From: Bacteroidota bacterium
GTDB taxonomy: Bacteria; Bacteroidota; Bacteroidia; Bacteroidales; UBA12481
Assembly: GCA_043797975.1 (NCBI GenBank)
Contig: JAZDPC010000056.1
Coordinates: forward strand, 124,491-188,490
Direction of reading: 5' to 3'
DNA: 64,000 bases
How positions within the stretch are numbered: position 1 is the stretch's first letter; the number at the start of each line of letters is the position of its first letter. Below the pieces are notes generated by a model, which saw only the letters and a list, made by a program, of their open reading frames with translations, did no database searches and was not told the origin of the DNA. This document shows positions 1 through 8,908 of this stretch, one piece after another. The position numbers and the translations under genes were made by a program.

Positions 1-436
1 AAAGTTTTCCGGGACGGGCATGCATGCGGTCTCCCAGCCCAACCTCGTCCAAAAGCTCTTTCGCCCTGCGCTGCCTGTCGGCTTTGGGCTGCTTTTGCAG
101 GTTCATAATGAACTCAACATTTTCAAGCGCGGTCAGCACCGGGATGAGGTTATAAGCCTGAAATACAAATCCGATGTTCCGCATGCGGAAATCGATCACT
201 TCGCGGGGCTTGAGGGTCTGCAAGTCTATTCCGTCAATCAGTATTTTACCTGATGTGGGCTCGTCGAGTCCGCCAAGCATGTTCAGTAAAGTGGTCTTAC
301 CCGATCCTGAGGGTCCCACGATCGTAGTAAATTCAGCTTCGGAAAAGTTTAGGTTGATCCCGTTGATAGCTGTCACCGGCACACTTTTCCGGTCGTCGTA
401 GATCTTTACCAGGTTGTTGATTTCGATGATGTTCAT
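1..436 (-). CDS. ABC transporter ATP-binding protein (MacB/LolD-like), 3' end cut by the window edge
   Basis: Not in the ORF track because it has no stop in the window. Reverse translation from ATG (436-434) gives MNIIEINNLVKIYDDRKSVPVTAINGINLNFSEAEFTTIVGPSGSGKTTLLNMLGGLDEPTSGKI..., with Walker A GPSGSGKT. It is the last gene of the tetR/lolA-like/ftsX/ftsX operon. Confidence 0.85.
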   Translation of the reverse strand, partial: MNIIEINNLVKIYDDRKSVPVTAINGINLNFSEAEFTTIVGPSGSGKTTLLNMLGGLDEPTSGKILIDGIDLQTLKPREVIDFRMRNIGFVFQAYNLIPVLTALENVEFIMNLQKQPKADRQRRAKELLDEVGLGDRMHARPGKL

Positions 437-510
437 GGTGTCAATGATGTTACTGTCTTCCCCGGCCTGCAGACCGGGATTACTGATGATTCCTATAGGT
501 ATGTCACTGG

Positions 511-1803
511 TCACTCTGTTCGTAATGCATCGGCAGGATTAAGTTTCAGTGCCTTCCATGCGGGGTAAGCCGAAGCTCCTATGCCTGTTAGGATTACCAG
601 GAAAGCGACGACCAGATAAAAGTCCCATGAGAGGCTCGGGTACATGACGGCGCTGTAACCCCAGGCTTCCATCCCTTTCTGGGCATAAGCCGTCAGGTCA
701 ATACCATGCTTGTTGAAGATCTCAATGACAACTGCTCCGGCCGCCATGCCTGCAACTGCTCCGGTGATGCACAGCAGGACCGATTCAAGGATGATCATAC
801 TGAACACCTTACGCTTGTTCATACCGATAGCCATCAGCATGCCGATCTCCTTCACCCGTTCGAGGACCACCATCAGCATGGTGTTCACGATCCCGAAACC
901 CAGCGCACCCAGGATGATCATCATGATCACGATCAAATAAACGGCCATAATGTCATTCATCATAGCTACATCGGGTAACAGGGTTTTCCAGTCCATGACA
1001 TCAAGATCTGGGTATTCGGCAGCCAGCGCCTCCATCCCGGAATCCATCAGTTCAGGATCATTCATAAAGATGATCACTTCATGGGCATCATCCGGAGACA
1101 GGGAGGCCAATGAGGCGAGATCGGTTTTCCTCACGAACACATTCATTTCTTCGAACATATTGTTGTCGAGCCGGTAGATGCCGCAAATCCTGAAAGATCC
1201 GCCCGTCAGGTTGCCATCTGCACCCTGGAAGGTCAGAACCACCTTGGAATTGATTTTCACTTTCATTTTCCGGGCCAGCGTTTCGCCGATTACGACCGGA
1301 TTCCTGAGCGGACTGCCGAACCAGCTTCCCGTACTGTCCTTCAGATAGGTTCCGATTCTGTCCGGATCGGTCAGTTTGAGCTTATCAACAAGGGTGACCG
1401 AGTCGTATACCGAGGTATATAATTCACTGACAATCTTTTCTTTGTCAGGATCGATCCCGAGAACGGTAACCCCGGCTGAGGCGGCTGAACTATTGATCAT
1501 GGTCACGATCTTCAGCCGGTCGGCTGCGGCTTTTACACCCGGCAGATTTTCGGCATACCTGACGATACCGGCCGGATCAGGAAGAGTGAGCCCGATTTCC
1601 GGATTTTCAATAAATCTCGGATTGTGTATTTGGATATGGGCAACTTCTTTGGTAAGGGCATCCTTCACCCTTCGGTCGTTCATGCCTTTATAGACTGCCG
1701 ACGTGAAGAGTCCGCCAAAGATGCCGAACGTCATTGCCCCGATTACAACCAGGCTTCGGACCTTGTTGCGCCAGATGTTTTTCCAGGATAAGGCTGGTAT
1801 CAT
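511..1803 (-). CDS. ABC transporter permease, FtsX/MacB-like
   Basis: 430-aa ORF with an N-terminal TM helix (WKNIWRNKVRSLVVIGAMTFGIF), a large periplasmic domain and a C-terminal FtsX-type 3-TM bundle. It lies next to an ABC ATPase. Confidence 0.8.
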   Translation of the reverse strand: MIPALSWKNIWRNKVRSLVVIGAMTFGIFGGLFTSAVYKGMNDRRVKDALTKEVAHIQIHNPRFIENPEIGLTLPDPAGIVRYAENLPGVKAAADRLKIVTMINSSAASAGVTVLGIDPDKEKIVSELYTSVYDSVTLVDKLKLTDPDRIGTYLKDSTGSWFGSPLRNPVVIGETLARKMKVKINSKVVLTFQGADGNLTGGSFRICGIYRLDNNMFEEMNVFVRKTDLASLASLSPDDAHEVIIFMNDPELMDSGMEALAAEYPDLDVMDWKTLLPDVAMMNDIMAVYLIVIMMIILGALGFGIVNTMLMVVLERVKEIGMLMAIGMNKRKVFSMIILESVLLCITGAVAGMAAGAVVIEIFNKHGIDLTAYAQKGMEAWGYSAVMYPSLSWDFYLVVAFLVILTGIGASAYPAWKALKLNPADALRTE

Positions 1804-1804
1804 A

Positions 1805-3031
1805 TTATGATCTTAAAGCTTCAGTTACACGTAAGCGGGTGACGTTCCAGACCGGCACGATAACGGCGGCCAGGATGATCAGGAAGACAACCAGCGACTG
1901 GTTGATGAAATAGCCGGCCTCCCATGCCGTCGGCATGATCGGTTCCATACCGAATGCAATTATGGATTCAGCCATTTTCCCTGTGAGTGTGATGGGGAAT
2001 CTGTATCCCAGGTACACTACCGGTATGCTCAGGCCGATCCCGCCAATGATGGCGATCAGGCCCATGATGAACATTTCCAGCGACAGGATCAGACCCAGGC
2101 GATGTTTCTGCATCCCGACGGCAACCACAACGCCAAATTCCCGGCGCCTCTCGGCTGTCATCATCTGGACCGTGCCGAATATTCCGAAGCCGATGATCAG
2201 GTATAGCAAGGCAAGCATAATTACGCCTCCGGCATTATCCGATTCGATTTGCTGCACCAGCTCAACAAGAATCGTATCCCAGGAGCGCACATCATACTGA
2301 TCACCGAGCTTCTTTTGGAGGGTTTTCACCGTTGATCTGAGATTTTTGCTGCTCTCCAGGTCAAGCGAAACAGAGGTAACCCGGTCACCGGCTGAAAAGA
2401 ATTCCTGGGCCACACCCAGCGACAGGTACACCATTTTGTTGTCAAGATCGGGTGCCGGGAAACGGACAATTCCCCTGACCGGAAATTTCCCCGCAGCACC
2501 GTCACCATGGTAGCCCTGAGAAATAAGTACCAGCGTGTCGCCGATGCCTACTTTAAGATATTTTGCCAGGCGTTCCGAAACCATTGCCGAATTGTCGCCA
2601 TTCCCCAGGAATGTGCCTTGTACCAGGCGTCTTGACAGGTGAGTGAGCTGGTCATCTTTCGCCGGATCGGTACCAACCACCAACACACCCTTTGTCTGGC
2701 TGCCTGAGCTGGCCAGGGCAAACGATTCGAGCCTGGGAACAGCGATGGTGACGTTTTCCGTTTGTGCTATTGTGTTCAGGAAGTCATCCTCAATCAGCAT
2801 TGTGTTTTCGATAATCTTGTCAGACTGATAGTTACGGTCAAAAACCTGTATATAGCCGGTATAGGCCTGTACTACGTTGTCAACCATGTTCCGGTAAGAA
2901 CCAAGCTGAAATCCACGCATGATCACGGAGAAGAAAATAGCGAACAGAATAGATGCAATCGTGATCAGGGACCGGCGCTTGTTCCGCCAGATATTCCGCC
3001 AGGCCATTGTCAGGTAATACTTCATAATCAA
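1805..3031 (-). CDS. ABC transporter permease, FtsX/MacB-like (paralog of the previous gene)
   Basis: 408-aa ORF with the same architecture (AWRNIWRNKRRSLITIASILFAIFF ... C-terminal TM bundle). Its stop is 1 nt from the start of the next permease. Confidence 0.8.
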   Translation of the reverse strand: MIMKYYLTMAWRNIWRNKRRSLITIASILFAIFFSVIMRGFQLGSYRNMVDNVVQAYTGYIQVFDRNYQSDKIIENTMLIEDDFLNTIAQTENVTIAVPRLESFALASSGSQTKGVLVVGTDPAKDDQLTHLSRRLVQGTFLGNGDNSAMVSERLAKYLKVGIGDTLVLISQGYHGDGAAGKFPVRGIVRFPAPDLDNKMVYLSLGVAQEFFSAGDRVTSVSLDLESSKNLRSTVKTLQKKLGDQYDVRSWDTILVELVQQIESDNAGGVIMLALLYLIIGFGIFGTVQMMTAERRREFGVVVAVGMQKHRLGLILSLEMFIMGLIAIIGGIGLSIPVVYLGYRFPITLTGKMAESIIAFGMEPIMPTAWEAGYFINQSLVVFLIILAAVIVPVWNVTRLRVTEALRS

Positions 3032-3043
3032 TCGTTTGTATGA

Positions 3044-3808
3044 TTACTTGACCATTTTCATGTTTTGCTGGGAGAAAAAACCGTCAGCGATGTCAACGTC
3101 GAAGTCCATTGACTGGATCACGACTATAGTACGGTTCTGAGGTTCATCAGCAGGGATGATTTCAAGGTGGGTCGGGATCAGCCGGCCATCCAGCGTTTTA
3201 ATGTCACCAGCCGTTTCGGTCCGGACCAGTTCCTGGTTTTCATCATAATATTCTGATTTCAGAAACAGATAGCTGTCGGTACTAATCCACGTAGTGATTT
3301 TACCCCAGACGATATTCGACTCCTCAAGTGGTACCATGTTGATCTTATAGCATTTATTTCCATCAAGAGTTTCAGTGCCCAGCAGTTCCTGAGTATAATC
3401 CGTTACCATCGACGACTCATTCAGTATATCGTCGTTGGTATAATCCGACCCCATCCAACCTTGCGACATCATTGAAGGTGGCAGTTTGATCAACCGGCTG
3501 ATGCTGGGTACATAATTCCACATGTCGTTGCCCCGTTTCAGGAAAGTCTGACCTTTCTCCTTTACGGGTCCGGTCACCAGTGTCAGCGCAAGGTCGCGCC
3601 CCTTGGCCCAGTTTTTAAATCCGATGGTCCTTTCCCAGGTCGGACGTTTGATGGTCATGGTCATCGCACTGATACTGCTTTCGCCCTGGATGTTCCGGTC
3701 GGCTTTTTCAATGATCTGCCTGGCTGTGGGCTGCTGTTGCCCCAGCGCGGGAATAACCAGAAAGGCACTTAAAGTGATTGCAAGCAGACAGAAAATGATT
3801 GGTTTCAT
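3044..3808 (-). CDS. LolA-like outer-membrane lipoprotein-sorting family protein (periplasmic)
   Basis: The start was moved to the internal ATG giving MKPIIFCLLAITLSAFLVIPALGQQ (signal peptide). The upstream part of the track ORF overlaps tetR. The beta-rich soluble protein inside an FtsX/ABC operon fits the LolA_like family context. Confidence 0.6.
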   Translation of the reverse strand: MKPIIFCLLAITLSAFLVIPALGQQQPTARQIIEKADRNIQGESSISAMTMTIKRPTWERTIGFKNWAKGRDLALTLVTGPVKEKGQTFLKRGNDMWNYVPSISRLIKLPPSMMSQGWMGSDYTNDDILNESSMVTDYTQELLGTETLDGNKCYKINMVPLEESNIVWGKITTWISTDSYLFLKSEYYDENQELVRTETAGDIKTLDGRLIPTHLEIIPADEPQNRTIVVIQSMDFDVDIADGFFSQQNMKMVK

Positions 3809-3812
3809 TGGT

Positions 3813-4388
3813 TTATTTGAATAATTCAAAAATGATTTTTTCCATTTTATCCAGATCAACAGATTCGGATGACATAAGGTAATGCCTGCCGACCGCATCA
3901 ATGGTGGCTTCAAGAAGGAAAGCCTTCTCCTCCGGATTGGGATCTCCCTTGCTTTTGAAATAGCATGCGACATCCTGATTCAGGTGATTGGCGAAGTCCT
4001 GGTATTTTTCCTTTATGTGATCCGAGATACCCGGCTGGAAAAGTAGTCCGAAGTAGAGTTTATAGAATTCAGGTTCTTTTTTCATGGTTTGGAAACCTCC
4101 ACGGATATACATCAACAGCTCTTCCGGGGTATCCAGCTCATCCTCGATCCGGGCCAGGATATCATGAATTTTCTCAAGGCCTAAAACCAGAATTGCGTTG
4201 AGCAGTTCTTCTTTGGATGGGAAATAGTTGTAGAGAAGACCTTTCGACATCTCAGCCTTGACGGCTATTTGTGAGATTGAAACTGAATGGTATCCTTCGC
4301 TGGCGAACAGTTCCAGCGCTGTCTCAATGATCCGGTCTTTCCGGCTTTTACGGAGTGCCTGAAATTGGTTTTGGGTTCTTGGACTCAT
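3813..4388 (-). CDS. TetR/AcrR family transcriptional regulator
   Basis: N-terminal HTH (IIETALELFASEGYHSVSISQIAVKAEMSKGLLYNYFPSKEEL) followed by a helical ligand domain. First gene of the operon. Confidence 0.85.
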   Translation of the reverse strand: MSPRTQNQFQALRKSRKDRIIETALELFASEGYHSVSISQIAVKAEMSKGLLYNYFPSKEELLNAILVLGLEKIHDILARIEDELDTPEELLMYIRGGFQTMKKEPEFYKLYFGLLFQPGISDHIKEKYQDFANHLNQDVACYFKSKGDPNPEEKAFLLEATIDAVGRHYLMSSESVDLDKMEKIIFELFK

Positions 4389-4391
4389 AAT

Positions 4392-4415
4392 TTTTGACTA
4401 AACGGTCGGTCAAAA
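4392..4415. promoter_or_regulatory. Inverted repeat TTTTGAC-N10-GTCAAAA directly upstream of tetR; candidate TetR operator
   Basis: ttttgac(4392-4398)...gtcaaaa(4409-4415) read in the sequence, 4 nt from the tetR start codon. Confidence 0.3.
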
Positions 4416-4460
4416 ATAAAATATTATTTGATAGGTTGTATCCGGGAACGTAAAAAAAAT

Positions 4461-4649
4461 TCGCTTAGCTCATGAATAGTTCGGCTACGCCTCACGAATA
4501 GCTCGCTGACGCTCGGCGAATAATTCGCTATCGCTCATGAATAGTTCGCTTCGCTCGCGAATGAGGCCTTCGGCATGAATCCATTCAACGCAATGCGTTC
4601 ATTCATCCGAGCATAGCGAGGATTATTTGTGAGGCGTAGCCGAACTATT
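4461..4649. repeat. Palindromic intergenic element, copy A (MITE/REP-like; 26-nt terminal inverted repeats plus internal ~21-22-bp tandem subunits)
   Basis: The left arm aatagttcggctacgcctcacgaata (4475-4500) matches the reverse complement of 4624-4649 at 25 of 26 positions. The interior is built of units like ttcgctNNcgctcaNgaatag. A second copy lies at 8908-9023. Confidence 0.7.
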
Positions 4650-4666
4650 TGCCGACCGGAGGGAGG

Positions 4667-5461
4667 CTATTCAGTAATGAGCAATCCCCTTCGCAGGTCT
4701 GCGAGTTCCTGCGGGGCGAGGTTTTTCTGAGAGCCGTAAAGCGGTTTGGTCCAATCGCCGTACATGGGATTGGGCAGAATGATGAATTTCTTTCCGAATT
4801 CAGCACGGAGGCTATCAACGGCATTGAATCCGAGGTTGACTGAACGATCTTCAAACACCTGGTCGAAATCGGCCAGGTTATCGCCAACCAGAAGGATGAC
4901 GTTAAATCTCTGTTCGACGATATTGCGACGGATCTCCTTGCTTGAGGTTTCGGCTTTCAGGTAAAGATGGTTCCGGTCGGCATAGGGGAAACCAAGATCC
5001 CTTAAATTCTTCATAGTAGTCAGCACTTCCGTGTTCTGACGGTTCGAAAGGTAGATCAACTCAATATTATTATAAGCCAGGAAGCGGCAGAATTCCAAGG
5101 CACCCGGCAAAGCACGGGCGGATGCCTTATCGGTCCAGACTTTCCATCGTTCCGGGTTGTAGGGTTTGCCTTCCAGGATGTTCCTCACTTCAGAAGGGCT
5201 GTTATCCACCAATGTTTCGTCAATATCAAAGATCACGGCAGCCTTGACATTTAAATCCTGACTTTCCAGGTACTCCCTGACCCGAAGTTCGGCCAGGTTA
5301 TAGGCCTGATAATACAAGGCTCTCATTTCTCCGGATTTCTGGTACCAGAGCGTGGCCATCACCGATTGATCGGTGTCGGGCGACATAGTGCCTGTAGCCG
5401 GAACAAAGGCCAGGGTTGCCAGCAGGGCGATAAAAACGAAGAGGCGCATGTTATTTAACAT
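4667..5461 (-). CDS. Secreted HAD-superfamily acid phosphatase (class C / e(P4)-like 5'-nucleotidase family)
   Basis: Signal peptide MRLFVFIALLATLAFVPA, the HAD motif I FDIDETLVDNS, and a late LVGDNLADFD motif. Confidence 0.75.
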   Translation of the reverse strand: MLNNMRLFVFIALLATLAFVPATGTMSPDTDQSVMATLWYQKSGEMRALYYQAYNLAELRVREYLESQDLNVKAAVIFDIDETLVDNSPSEVRNILEGKPYNPERWKVWTDKASARALPGALEFCRFLAYNNIELIYLSNRQNTEVLTTMKNLRDLGFPYADRNHLYLKAETSSKEIRRNIVEQRFNVILLVGDNLADFDQVFEDRSVNLGFNAVDSLRAEFGKKFIILPNPMYGDWTKPLYGSQKNLAPQELADLRRGLLITE

Positions 5462-5477
5462 TTAGATTGACAAATAT

Positions 5478-5551
5478 AGGGCTTAGAGGCTTAAGGGCCT
5501 ATGGGCTTGAGGTTTTTCCTTATGCCCTTATGCCCCTATGCCCGTATGCCC
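5478..5551. repeat. Octamer-array hairpin: 4 x GGGCTTRN, T5 loop, 4 x YYWTGCCC
   Basis: agggcttagaggcttaagggcctatgggcttgagg / ttttt / ccttatgcccttatgcccctatgcccgtatgccc. The arms are complementary apart from roughly one T-T mismatch per 8-nt unit. Confidence 0.65.
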
Positions 5552-5587
5552 AAAAATGTTGTAACTTTTCACCCAATCTTCACGTCC

Positions 5588-5595
5588 TATGTTTG
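5588..5595 (+). promoter_or_regulatory. Bacteroidota-type -7 box TAtgTTTG upstream of the ECF sigma gene
   Basis: Exact TAnnTTTG match 14 nt before the ATG at 5610. Only a weak TTTT -33-like element lies about 18 nt upstream. Confidence 0.4.
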
Positions 5596-5609
5596 CCTGT
5601 TAACCCGAA

Positions 5610-6095
5610 ATGACCGTTAACGATTATAATTCTTGTGTTAATCAGCACGCTGATGCCGTGTTCCGGTTCATTGTGAAGAACCTGCACGACAAGGACAAAG
5701 CGCGTGATCTGGTTCAGGATTCGTTTGAGAAACTCTGGATCAATATCCAGCAGATAGCCCCCGAAAAGGCAAAATCTTACCTCTTCACAACGGCCTATCA
5801 CCGGATGATTGATCAGGTAAGGACAGATAAAAGGGTTGCAGGCTGGGACGAGGTTAACATGAACGGGTACGGTCATTCGGAACAGTATTCGGATGTGATG
5901 GAAAGGCTGAATGAAGGGCTGACGAAGCTTCCCGCTGATCAGCGTTCAGTGTTGATGCTCAGGGATTATGAAGGCTATTCGTACAAAGAGATAGCGGTGA
6001 TCACGGGCCTCAGCGAAGCGCAGGTGAAGGTTTACATTTATCGTGCGCGTGTGTTTTTAAAGGAGTTTATCGGTTCAATAGAAGCATTGGTTTAG
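5610..6095 (+). CDS. ECF-type RNA polymerase sigma-70 factor
   Basis: 161 aa with region 2 (DLVQDSFEKLW) and region 4 (LPADQRSVLMLRDYEGYSYKEIAVITGLSEAQVKVYIYRAR). Confidence 0.85.
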   Translation: MTVNDYNSCVNQHADAVFRFIVKNLHDKDKARDLVQDSFEKLWINIQQIAPEKAKSYLFTTAYHRMIDQVRTDKRVAGWDEVNMNGYGHSEQYSDVMERLNEGLTKLPADQRSVLMLRDYEGYSYKEIAVITGLSEAQVKVYIYRARVFLKEFIGSIEALV

Positions 6096-6096
6096 G

Positions 6097-7164
6097 ATGG
6101 AAACTATATCGGGAAATAATTACGAGATCTGGTTCATGGATTATCTCGACGGCCGGCTGGACGAAGGGAAGGTGGACCAATTGCTCGATTTTCTTGATAA
6201 TCATCCCGATCTGAAGGAGGAGCTTAATGGGGTTGCCGGATGTAAGCTGGTAATGGTTACTGATGAGTGTCCTGCCAAATCCGGTTTGTTAAAGAATGCA
6301 GAGGATATTCCGGGTATCTCAACGGATGATCAGTTATGCATTGCCAGGATGGAAAAAGATCTTTCTCCTGAATCTGCTGCGGCATTTGACAAACGGATGG
6401 AACATGAACCCGGCCTGCGGCGAAAATTCGATGCTTATTGCTCGACCCGCCTGAATCAGGAGATTATTCCTTATCCCGATAAAAACGAACTTAAACACAA
6501 AATCCGCGTTCTAACACCATGGATTCTGACTGCTGTATGTTCGGCGGCCATCCTTGTTCTGGCATTGATCTTATGGCCGCGAACAGGCGAAAACATCGTC
6601 AACGTGGCTGATACGAACATTAAGCCTGCAGTTCAGCAGCCACAACGGGTGGAGGTTCCAGTAGTACGGGAATCCGATGCCCCGGCGCAACTCATTGCTG
6701 CTGTTGAGCGTAAAAAGGTCCCGGCGACTGAAAAAGGAGATCTTCAGGCGGCCGATTCGCCGGTCAGGGAATTTATTCCGATGAATGCACTGATCCCGGT
6801 GTTTTCCACGTTCCGGATCAGTATACCTGATCCTTTAAAAACTCCGGTACTTTTCGCTTCGATCTATCCAAAACCCTATATTTCCACATTGCCTGATGAG
6901 GAATATCTGTCAATTCCTCAATATGCCCTGCAAATCTTCCGCGAAAAGGTTCTGGGACAGGATCCGATGCTGGTAAAGAAAACCCGGTTTTCGGTATGGG
7001 AAGTGGCCGGTGCAGGAATCAGCAGGATCAATGAGATGACCGGTTCGGAGATGAAGTTCGACCGGGCCTATGACACTAACGGTCAGGTGATGGCCGTGTC
7101 CTTCAGTTCCCGCCTGGTTGACCTGGAAACTCCCGTTCGTACACCCGGAAACAAACAGGAATAA
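6097..7164 (+). CDS. Putative anti-sigma factor (single-pass membrane protein)
   Basis: It starts 1 nt after the sigma stop. The N-terminal helical domain (MDYLDGRLDEGKVDQLLDFLDNHPDLKEEL) is followed by one TM segment (WILTAVCSAAILVLALILW). Confidence 0.45.
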   Translation: METISGNNYEIWFMDYLDGRLDEGKVDQLLDFLDNHPDLKEELNGVAGCKLVMVTDECPAKSGLLKNAEDIPGISTDDQLCIARMEKDLSPESAAAFDKRMEHEPGLRRKFDAYCSTRLNQEIIPYPDKNELKHKIRVLTPWILTAVCSAAILVLALILWPRTGENIVNVADTNIKPAVQQPQRVEVPVVRESDAPAQLIAAVERKKVPATEKGDLQAADSPVREFIPMNALIPVFSTFRISIPDPLKTPVLFASIYPKPYISTLPDEEYLSIPQYALQIFREKVLGQDPMLVKKTRFSVWEVAGAGISRINEMTGSEMKFDRAYDTNGQVMAVSFSSRLVDLETPVRTPGNKQE

Positions 7165-7225
7165 CTATTCCTGTAACTTTTCGGGAAACCTCTCCGTCAT
7201 ACGATCACATACAAAATCATTAATC

Positions 7226-8068
7226 ATGAAAAAGATTGCATTACTGGCCCTCGCGGGCATGATAGGATTCGGGTTCAATGCTTACTCGCAGGAAGATCCC
7301 GATACTTCAAAAATCAGGATCGGAAATAAAAAATATACGGTCATCGTCGATGATGACAAGGAGATCCGGATATTAACCGATGAAGATGCCGATGTTATTG
7401 TCAGGGATAAAGAAGTCTTTCACCATCGCAAACCAGCCAGGAAGATGGATGGCACATGGGGTGGCTTTGAGCTGGGCCTGGCTAGTCTTACCAATGCCGA
7501 TTACCAGTTCGAGCTTCCTTCCAATGCCGGTTTTCTGGATTACGAGATGACCAGAAACTGGGCTTTCAATTTCAACTTCGCCGAGAAATCGCTGGGTATC
7601 ATCAGGAATTATTTCGGCCTGGTTACTGGCCTTGGTTTTGAATACCAGCAATTCATGCTGACCAACAATATTAATCTTACCAAGACAGATGAAGGTATCA
7701 CCGGAGAACCAATCGAGATTAATCTCGACAAGAACCGTTTCAGCATGTGTTACCTGACCCTCCCGCTGATGGCAGAATTTCAGATTCCGATCTATGGCGA
7801 AAACCACCGGATTAAGTTGTCGGCCGGCGTAATCGGCGGCTTGCGGCTGGGATCGCGCCAGGTTCAGAAGTATGAATCCAACGGCGAAAAAGAAAAAATC
7901 AAAACCAAGGACGATTTCTATCTGCGTGATTTCCGTTATGGTTTTACGGGCCGTGTCGGATACGGCGATGTCGCACTGTTTGCCACTTATTATCCGCAAA
8001 CCCTGTTTGAAGACGGGCAAGGGCCGGAAATATTCCCGGTAACCTTTGGCATCCATTTCGGAGGCTGA
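7226..8068 (+). CDS. Outer-membrane beta-barrel protein (porin-family-like)
   Basis: The start was moved to MKKIALLALAGMIGFGFNAYSQ (signal peptide). It has alternating beta-strand patterns and a C-terminal aromatic end (FGIHFGG). Confidence 0.55.
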   Translation: MKKIALLALAGMIGFGFNAYSQEDPDTSKIRIGNKKYTVIVDDDKEIRILTDEDADVIVRDKEVFHHRKPARKMDGTWGGFELGLASLTNADYQFELPSNAGFLDYEMTRNWAFNFNFAEKSLGIIRNYFGLVTGLGFEYQQFMLTNNINLTKTDEGITGEPIEINLDKNRFSMCYLTLPLMAEFQIPIYGENHRIKLSAGVIGGLRLGSRQVQKYESNGEKEKIKTKDDFYLRDFRYGFTGRVGYGDVALFATYYPQTLFEDGQGPEIFPVTFGIHFGG

Positions 8069-8098
8069 CAGAAAACATAATCCAACGAACAAACCCGA

Positions 8099-8135
8099 AA
8101 ACCCGGAAGTGAAAACATCCGGGTTTTTGTTATTT
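8099..8135 (+). terminator. Rho-independent terminator after the OMP gene
   Basis: aacccgga-N11-tccgggtt followed by tttgttatttt. Confidence 0.6.
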
Positions 8136-8200
8136 TAGGGGCATGGCAGTGTTAGCCGATCAGAATATACATTCCGGCCCATCCCAAAAACCAAAATAAC

Positions 8201-8908
8201 ATGAAGCTTCTTTTGATCAGCAATTCGACCAATGCAGGCGACACGTACCTGAACCACCCGAAAGAGGAGATTGCCAGGTTTCTGTGTCCCGATGTTAAAA
8301 AGATACTGTTTTTCCCTTATGCGGCTGTGACTTTTACCTATGATGAATATGAGAAAAAGGTTGCCGTCCGGTTTTCGGAATTCGGCGTTACGGTAGAATC
8401 AATACATCGCCTTCCTTCGGCAAAGGATGCCGTACTGGCTGCTGAAGCAATTGTTGTGGGCGGAGGCAATACCTGGCAGCTTGCCAGGATGCTTCATGAT
8501 CTTAACCTGATTGATGTGATAAGGGAAAAAGTTCTGACCGGCACACCTTATATTGGCTGGAGTGCAGGTGCCAATGTTGCCTGTCCTTCCATCCGGACCA
8601 CCAACGATATGCCTGTCGTTGATCCCGACGGTATGCATGCTTTTAACCTGGTGCCCTTCCAGATCAATCCCCATTACCTTGATGCCAATCCCGAAGGGCA
8701 TGCCGGCGAGACACGGGAACAACGTATCCAGGAGTTCATCGAGATCAATCCCGATCTTTACGTTGTGGGCCTTCGGGAAGGAACGATGCTGAAAATCAAC
8801 AACAAACAAATCGATCTGATCGGACCGCGCCCCGCCAGGATTTTTCGCAAGGGAGCTGCTCCGATCGAAGTGGCGGCAGGGGGAAAGCTCGGTTTTTTGA
8901 TGGAGTAA
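8201..8908 (+). CDS. pepE: Dipeptidase E (peptidase S51)
   Basis: 235 aa with the nucleophile context YIGWSAGANV and the overall PepE layout. Confidence 0.8.
   Translation: MKLLLISNSTNAGDTYLNHPKEEIARFLCPDVKKILFFPYAAVTFTYDEYEKKVAVRFSEFGVTVESIHRLPSAKDAVLAAEAIVVGGGNTWQLARMLHDLNLIDVIREKVLTGTPYIGWSAGANVACPSIRTTNDMPVVDPDGMHAFNLVPFQINPHYLDANPEGHAGETREQRIQEFIEINPDLYVVGLREGTMLKINNKQIDLIGPRPARIFRKGAAPIEVAAGGKLGFLME

Noticed and set aside
3809-3973. The 55-codon N-terminal extension of the LolA-like ORF.
   Set aside because: It overlaps the tetR 3' end. The internal Met is followed by a canonical signal peptide.
5478-5551. The short-unit tandem arrays (also at 15481-15577, 40632-40684 and 58794-58828) as possible CRISPR arrays.
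   Set aside because: The units are 7-8 nt and directly abut each other with no unique spacers. There are no cas genes in the window. The arms are complementary to each other, which indicates a hairpin rather than direct repeats with spacers.
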